A stretch of DNA of 47,259 nucleotides from Octopus bimaculoides. Lineage: Eukaryota. Shown here in pieces: positions 1 through 47,259 of the stretch (position 1 is the stretch's first letter; each line of letters begins with the position of its first letter). A program made the position numbers and the translations under genes. The notes beneath the pieces were generated by a model, which saw only the letters and a list, made by a program, of their open reading frames with translations, made no database searches and had not been told where the DNA came from. The stretch covers positions 8,133,057-8,180,315 of the forward strand of contig NC_069009.1 of assembly GCF_001194135.2 (NCBI RefSeq), written 5' to 3'.

Positions 1-107
1 AGTCTAAATGATAATAAATATTTACTAATAATTATGATAAAATACTTACTCAAAATTTCATTTAAACTTTGGAACATTTTTCATTTAAGAAATATATTTA
101 ATTAGTC

Positions 108-109
108 AA

Positions 110-168
<59 letters not shown>
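108..168. repeat. (TAA)n microsatellite, representative of dozens of (AT)n, (CA)n, (CT)n, (TAA)n and (CAT)n tracts across the window
   Basis: Direct inspection; most N-gaps abut such tracts. Confidence 0.95.
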
Positions 169-170
<2 letters not shown>

Positions 171-576
171 GAAAGTTGGTGCTAAGATTGTAGCAAAAAT
201 TTAAATATATTTCAGAATTTCATTTAAAACAGCTTCAGTTTTGTTTAATAGACAAATATATGTTATTAATTAAAATGATAAATATCTAATACTAACTAAT
301 AATGAAATACTGGCCCAAGTTTTATTTAAATAAAGCTAATTTTTTTATAAATGAGATAAAGTACTGATTAATTAATTATATGAAAATTACTGCACAGGAA
401 AATTTGGATAAAAACATTTCAATAAAAAAAGGTTTTTATAAAGATATTTATTCATTAGAAAATTACTAATTGAAAATCAAGTAAAGACTATACAAAATTT
501 AATGAGCACCAGGAATGCATTTTAACAGTGCTCTTTATCTGAGAAAAGCGAAAAAACTTTATTAGTCTAAAGCAAC

Positions 577-775
577 AGGATGGCAAAATCGTTAGAACAC
601 CAGACAAAATGCTTAGCAGCATTCTGAGATCAAATCCTGTTACGGTCAACTTTGCCTTTCATCCTTTCAGAGTTGATGAAATAATGTACCAGTAATGTAC
701 TGGGATTAATTAATATCGACTAAGGCTCTTCTTCAAAACTTTTAGCCTTATGCCTAAATAAGAAGCTATTTATTA
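577..775 (+). mobile_element. SINE-family copy; related copies at about 3955-4290, 5833-6035, 25995-26200, 34620-34880, 35620-36120, 41030-41220
   Basis: Shared motifs GCAGAATCGTTA..AAATGCTT, TCTGAGTTCAAATCC, GTCAACTTTGCCTTTCATCCTTT, AAGTACCAGT in all copies. Confidence 0.75.
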
Positions 776-960
776 CTAGAAATAAAACAACAACTACTAT
801 TACTACTACTACTACTAGCACCACTACTATTATTGTTAAAATCACCATTACTACTACTAATACCACTACAACAATATGAATTGTTTTTGAACTAAAGTTT
901 GATGTGTCAACATTTTACATCATGTTGCCATCATAAAGACTATATAGATATGCAACACAT

Positions 961-1009
<49 letters not shown>

Positions 1010-1014
1010 AAAAA

Positions 1015-1425
1015 TAACGTCGACCACTAACGTGGACAATTAATGCGCTAGAAATAGATCACATTTTGTGTCTATTAAGACCTAAAAAGTTCTCAACATG
1101 AAATATAGCAGCATACCAAAAACGTGAGCGGGCAAGACATTTAAAATCACCTAAAAAAAATCATTATTAAACAGGAACCAGGTTTCGGATTTAACAAATT
1201 CTTACCATTTGTCTATTCCTCATCAGCCTGATTTGTAATGTAGCAGCAATTATCAGAATCGTATACATAGTTGCCCACCGCCATGGGTGCGCGTGCATAT
1301 GGTTCTGCTAATTACAGCTTAATGGTAAAGTTCAAAAGTCTTCGTTTTGGCGTGCTAATTCCAGGAATATATCCGCAGAAACTATTTACTGCGTCGAATA
1401 TATTCAGAATGAGAACATGAGTAAT

Positions 1426-1430
<5 letters not shown>
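1015..1430 (-). mobile_element. Probable Penelope-like element terminal-repeat remnant carrying the hammerhead
   Basis: CpG-rich, non-microsatellite island bounded by (AT)n runs and containing the minimal hammerhead; no RT or GIY-YIG coding sequence recognised. Confidence 0.4.
1169..1233 (-). ncRNA. Type I hammerhead ribozyme motif (minimal, Penelope-like-element type)
   Basis: Minus strand reads AAUCAGG-CUGAUGA-GGA(auaGACAAAUgguaagaAUUUGUUaaa)UCC-GAAA-CCUGGU-U-CCUGUUU: full core, stem I CAGG/CCUG, stem II GGA/UCC with apical hairpin, short near-palindromic stem III (ACCUGGU), GUU triplet. Confidence 0.75.
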
Positions 1431-1457
<27 letters not shown>

Positions 1458-1964
1458 ACTATACCCTCCCTTATTTTTATACCTTTTGTGTGTGCACCTT
1501 CTGTCTAGATATTACCACCAACTTCACCCTAACCATAGTATTTTCCACCATTGACCCCCCGTGTTTTACCCCCATTAATCAAACTTTATTTTTTTTTACT
1601 GTGGTTTTTATGTTGATTGTTATTGTTGGATCCCATGTGACCTGACCTAACTAAATTGTAAAATCAATTCAATATTTATAAAACAATAAAAAATTCCATA
1701 CAATAACAATATCCACCAAAAGCAGAAGACAGAAAATGAAACATTAGATTTGCTACAAACAGTAGCTAAGTACTCCTCTCTCTCTCTCTCTCAGATGATA
1801 CTTTACCATCTTAAAAATATTGATGGTCATATTCAAAAACATATATTTGTATATATGTGGGTGTGTACATCTTCAACAGGACACCTGAGATATAGATGGA
1901 GCAGCTATGATCATAAGGATGTTCAATTAGAGCTTACCTTGAGTTAAACAACAAGAAAAATTAC

Positions 1965-2385
1965 TAATGTAGTCCTAAGTCATTATGTCTGAGTAAAAGA
2001 TGTGATGGCCTCAGCTGGAGCATCTTTGATCATAGGTCTGCTGGATCAGGACTGACCTGGGGATAAACAACAGCAACAGCTATAACTACTAGCACTAACT
2101 ACTATATTATACATTAGATAATGTAGTCCTAGACACATTTTGTCTGAATAAAAGATGGGATGGTCACAGTTGGAACGTCTCTGATCATAGGTCTACTGAA
2201 TCGGGACTGACCTGGAGATAAACGACAATAGTTATAGCTGCTAATATTTAGTGCTATTCTATACATTAGATAATGCAGTCCTAGGTACACTATGTCTAAA
2301 TAAAATCAGACATGAAGGTCATGATTGTAAGGCCTTTGATATTCAATCTGCCTGCTCCCACCTCAACAACAACAGCAACAACAAC
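1965..2385 (+). repeat. Three tandem ~153-bp copies of a short interspersed repeat
   Basis: Unit starts TAATG(T/C)AGTCCT at 1965, 2119 and 2271; a related dispersed copy lies at about 44233-44330. Confidence 0.8.
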
Positions 2386-2770
2386 ATAAGCTCCAATTAA
2401 ATTTTCCAATTAATGATTCGTGTTTTGATTCTTCTTTTTCTTTCTTTAATTAATAATATCTAATTATTTTTTCTAGACTTCCAGTTCCTGTCACCTAACT
2501 CATTAATTTCTTCTTCCTTCTTTTTCTATCCTGAACTCACTTTCCAGTTTTTGTGATCATAAAACCTAACAATTTATTATTTTGTGTGTTTTTGTGTGTT
2601 TTTATTTTAGTCATTTTTGTTTGTTTTTCTCATTTTTTTTCTCTTTTACTTATAACAACACCATCAACAACACCAACAACAATATCAACAAAAAACTAAA
2701 GCATGGTTATAATTTACCAGGCTATTGAACTTTAGGGTATATGTTTCAATATTTTTATCTCCATGATATT

Positions 2771-2945
2771 TCAACCAGTTTCATCTCTTATGATCATCAG
2801 GTGTCTTATTCCTGGATGTGTACATAGTAACATATTGGATCAGAACTGGCCATATTCACAGAGTAGTAAATATTTACACCAACACTATGCTTTGACCAGT
2901 TTGATCTCAGATTATCATCAGGTGTCATATTCTTGAATGTGTAAG
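2771..2945 (-). repeat. Two degenerate 121-bp-period repeats containing hammerhead-like core relics
   Basis: accagttt..atctc..atcatcaggtgtc..tattc at 2774 and 2895; minus strand gacacCUGAUGA...(G/C)AAACUGGU. Confidence 0.55.
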
Positions 2946-3005
2946 AGATATCATATCTACTTACCAACATACAGACTTACATTACATACCTATATATATA
3001 TATAT

Positions 3006-3045
<40 letters not shown>

Positions 3046-3081
3046 TACATACATATATACATACATAAACACACACGCATG

Positions 3082-3114
<33 letters not shown>

Positions 3115-3476
3115 GCAAGACAATGTATAAAAGATGGTCATTGCATATTCCTTTATTGTAGTAAATTCTACTTACAGCTGTTTCCAATAGTTATTATGGG
3201 TTCATTCATGGATCGGTTTACTCACTTGGTCCATAGATTAGTTGAGAAAAATTGAACGACCTTAAAGAACTAATGCTACCAGAGTCAGAGTATATACATA
3301 TACAAGTCCACACTGTAGAGTGGTCGGCATTAGGAATGGCATCCAGCTGTAAAAGACCATGTCAAAACAAATGGTGGGGCTCGGTACAGTCTTCTGGCTT
3401 GCCAGATGCTGTCAACCCATCCAACCCATGCTAATTAATGGAAGATGGACATTAAATGATGATGATGACAATACAG

Positions 3477-3527
<51 letters not shown>

Positions 3528-3716
3528 CACACACATGCACACACACACACACACGTTCTCTTACGGAGATTCGGTTGGTTCTTAGACAAATCTAATCTTA
3601 TTAACACAGGAACAAACACAGCAACAACGACATCAACAGCATCTGTGTTTTCTCTTGATTTCTCTCTTTCTCTGTCACTTTAAACGCATGGTGTGTGTGT
3701 GTGTTTTTTTGTTTAG

Positions 3717-43210
<39,494 letters not shown>

Positions 43211-43816
43211 GGTAATTGACAAAACTAAAGGTACGAAACACAAAAGAAAAAGAATGATAATTATTATTAATATTGTTATTGTTTTAATTATGATAGTCAT
43301 AATTAATAACATCAATAATATTAATTAATATTATTATTATTATTGTTATTGTTAAACTGCAAGAAAATATATATATATCATGTTAATAATAATATGTATA
43401 TATATATATATATAAGCTTATTCAAAGAGTTTCTTGCATGAATATATAATATATAATATTATATATAAAGTAGATTTATTCAACACACTTACACACTTAC
43501 AGTAGTGTATTATTTAATAATTAATGTTAATTAATCAATCAATTCCTTCATTCAATATACATACATGTGTTTATTTACAATTTTTTTCTTCTGGCTGTCG
43601 CTGCTTTGAAAAGCTTGTGATGGACCTTGCAATAAACTTGTCACGCAGGTTCCAATTTAACTCTTGGCTTTTTTTGGCATTTCAGAACGCTCTCCTTTGT
43701 TCAGACGATTATTATTATTATTTTTTTACTCTTCATTCGTTTCTTAGCAATAGTAGTTGTAGTAGTCACTTACCAATGCTATTATTGTTGTTTTCATTTC
43801 TGCTTTCCTTTATAGT

Positions 43817-43905
<89 letters not shown>

Positions 43906-46067
43906 ATACATATACATATATATAACTTGTTAATTTTTCAGCTACAGTAGTTGCTTCTCAATGTTTTTTAAAACAAAAAATACAATGGCATAGTATTTTT
44001 ATTGTTGTTGTTGCTTATTCATCAAATTTTCTTCATTCATATCATCAACCATGTTTTTTTTTGTCTATTTTATATATTTTTGTTTTATTCTCTTGTTTTT
44101 GAAATTATCCATCATTACATTTATCTACATACAATGGAATTACAAACTGGACCTGTAAGCCTAAAATAATTGTCAGTCATATCTCCCTCGAATCATACCT
44201 TGCTTACTTGAAAAAATGGTACATGGTACAATTTAGTCCTAGATACACTATGTCTGGAATAAGAAATGGGTTGCCTCAGATGAAACATCTTTGAATCAAG
44301 ACCAAGCAAGTCAGAAACAAAAGCAAATAAATAAATGCAGTGACAATATATACATATATATATGTGTGTGATGTTGTCAGAGGAAGGCTTCATAAGTCAT
44401 AAGTTAGGAAAAGAGCTCATTCGTGATAAGGTAATACAGTGAAGATATTGATAGATTTATAAATTAAAAACTATTTCCAGCCAGAATATTCCTGAATGTC
44501 TTCATAATTGTTTTCCCTAAAAGCTGAAAGGATAATCAAAGGCTTATCAGACATAAAGGGCTGGAAGTGTACAGCCAGGGTTCTTTTGCAATAAAGGTAC
44601 AAAAGAAACAAACAGCCAAAAAAAAAAAAGATATTTGGTAACAGTTAAAAATCTGGAACAAAATTGCAAGATATTCTGATATGTAAAAGTGGAGGCACAT
44701 GTTTTTTGTGGTTAGGGTGTTGGATTCATGATTGCAAGATTGTGGTTTCAATTCCTGAACCAGGCAATGCGTTGTGTTCTTGAGCAAAACACATCATTTC
44801 ACGTTGCTCCAGTCCACTCAAAAGATAAAAATGAGTCATCCTGTGACAGATCCCTGTCCTGTCCAGGAATGAATATATATATCCACCATAGAAACTGGAA
44901 ATCTGACACTGTGCTCCTTAAAGAGTAATGTAGACTAACTATGGTATGCAAAACTATATATCTTAGGAAAGCTACCGAAAGGCCAAAATAGGAATCCTAT
45001 GCAAGTGATATGCTAGTATTAACAATACAAATATCATAAACAAAACATGAGAAATCGAAGAAACGGTGTACATCATTTATTGAAAAAACAATTATTATTT
45101 TTTCAGTAAAAGAAACAAATTCATCCACCAACGATAACTAAGGAACTTCATTGGTAAGGAGAATCTAAGAAAATTACTTCTTAAATATTTTCTTCTTACC
45201 TAAAAAAAAACCGGGTGCTGGTATGTGTTGTAATACACCCGTCCTCTCTTCAATTAAACCTGCATTGTTTGATATCAGAATTACTACTTTATATGAGAAC
45301 CTCTCCTTAAAATATATTGAATTTGAGTTTTCATTCTTTTTTGTTAACTAGTCCAGTTTTCATTATTTTTTTCTTAGTGTGTGATCCTTCTAAATATTAA
45401 TCCCTACTTTAATGATTTCTGTAAATGAACCCTAAAAGTAATTCCCTTAAATATCTCTATTTTTTCCTTAATTTTTTTTTCTTTCATCTCTAGCTTCAGT
45501 CATCCTTCTATCATTTTCTTTTCTTCTGTCTTCTCTTTCCCTTTCCTTATTTCCTTCCTATATTTCTTTTCTCTCCTTCTCAGTCTTTCTCCATTTGTCT
45601 TCATTCCTTATTCTCTCTTCATTCTCATAGTCATGTATTTCCTCCAGAAAAACTTATCTCTTCTCTAACCCACATGACTCTCCTATCGAATGATCAAGTT
45701 TGCCAAAACTGAAAGTTCTCTTCAATGACTTGTTAAACCCTCTTCTTACTTTCAAAATGGCATGAATGAATTCCTGTAGAAAGATATCCTTCAATAAACC
45801 CTTGTTAATCCTAAAACTCAACTCAAAATGAATTATTATCAGTTGCTAACCCCTGAAAATGTAGTTTATCCTGTGTCTTATGGTCCTCACCTGTAGTGGT
45901 TTTATGTGAGGCCTTGATGTTTTTTAATGATGAAATGATTCTTTTCCTTAAAATGATCTCAGTACTTTCATTTCTATTCTTCACAGAACACCATTTCTCC
46001 ATTTCCTACTTGTCATAACCACATCTCTCTCATCCTCTCTCTTTTCATTCAATCTATCATTCTATCA

Positions 46068-46119
<52 letters not shown>

Positions 46120-47259
46120 NNNNNNNNNNNNNNNNNNNNNNNNNNNNNNNNNNNNNNNNNNNNNNNNNNNNNNNNNNNNNNNNNNNNNNNNNNNNNNNNN
46201 NNNNNNNNNNNNNNNNNNNNNNNNNNNNNNNNNNNNNNNNNNNNNNNNNNNNNNNNNNNNNNNNNNNNNNNNNNNNNNNNNNNNNNNNNNNNNAAAAAAT
46301 CAATGAAGAAAAAGACCCCATAACATTCAAATGGCACCTTCAAGAGATGATAGCAGACAAACCACTGATATCTGGATTAATTTCTGCAGACAACTCCCTA
46401 TTCAAGTGGGGTATGATGTCCCAAAACATTAAATAGATTATTCCAGATGGTGGTATTAAATTGGACATGGCCTGGATTAATAATGGCTGTGAGATATCCT
46501 TTATTTTGTTTTCTCTTACTCCATGTCTTCAGCTGAGTCAAAAGTATGAATTTATTTGTGGCCAGCAAAGACATCTACAAGTTGGTCACATGGAATTAGA
46601 TACAAAAGCGACCAGGATGAAGACACAGAGTTTCATGAACCGATGAACTGTACTCGTGGTTTTAAAAGCCTGTCAGTTATGTCACACACATTGACCTAAA
46701 GAATCTTCTCCAGGATTCAATGTCAGTGGAATTACTCAGTCATTCTGCACTGAAACATTTATCCCAGTCCATTCCTCTCTACTTTCTCTCTTTCTTCTAT
46801 TCTATCCAACTACCATTATTCAAAGGACTCTCATCAACACCATCATCATCATCACTACTAGTAATACTACTAGCATCATTACCACATTACTACTACTACT
46901 ACTACCATTACCATCGCCGCCACAACAACAACAATAACAAAAATGTAGATTGCTTAGTCGATTGTTGCTTGTTTGTTTGTGCGTGTGTTGTTTTCTTTTG
47001 ATTATAGTATCAATATTAATAGTATTATTACTATTATCATTATCATATTCTTAATCGCTTGAGGACAATGGCTCTGCTGTGATTTGTGAGCTCTTATGAT
47101 ATTAAGAGCTTATGTGCATTTGTATATATACATTCCTATATGTATATATATATATGTTTAGATATATTTAGATATATATATAGATATGTTTATATATATA
47201 TATATTCATTTATTTATATATATATATATCTATATCTATATATATATATATATATATAT

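Noticed and set aside
46320-46720. Coding-like island (…GIRYKSDQDEDTEFHEPMNCTRGF…)
   Set aside because: Short frames broken by stops and no recognisable family; probably a decayed transposon.

Overview
Eukaryotic genomic DNA, very probably from an octopus or other coleoid cephalopod. This is inferred from the protein sequence, the SINE families, dense (AT)n/(CA)n/(TAA)n/(CT)n microsatellites and 13 N-gaps. The window holds the 3' two-thirds of a striated-muscle class II myosin heavy chain gene on the + strand. I traced 21 GT-AG exons in continuous phase from the post-loop-2 motor segment (3717) through SH1/converter, IQ motifs and rod to a 40-nt stop-containing tailpiece exon (43172-43211). 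One 43-codon rod exon is missing and must lie in the gap 36844-37256. The main hidden feature is a 216-codon Pro/Ala/Gln- and Arg/Ser-rich exon (17074-17721) in the 12.7-kb S2 intron. It has a phase-0 donor matching the ARIEELEEE exon and predicts a headless catchin/myorod-type protein of about 1050 aa from an internal promoter. Other observations: a near-intact type I hammerhead ribozyme of Penelope type (minus strand, 1169-1233) with degenerate tandem relatives; a chain of minus-strand splice signals suggesting a nested antisense transcript (about 18.5-29 kb); a probable catch-type mutually exclusive motor exon; and remnants of an RLE-type non-LTR element and a mariner element. No prokaryotic features, CRISPR arrays, rRNA or true tRNA genes were seen. 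All splice and homology calls were made by eye; no database searches were run.
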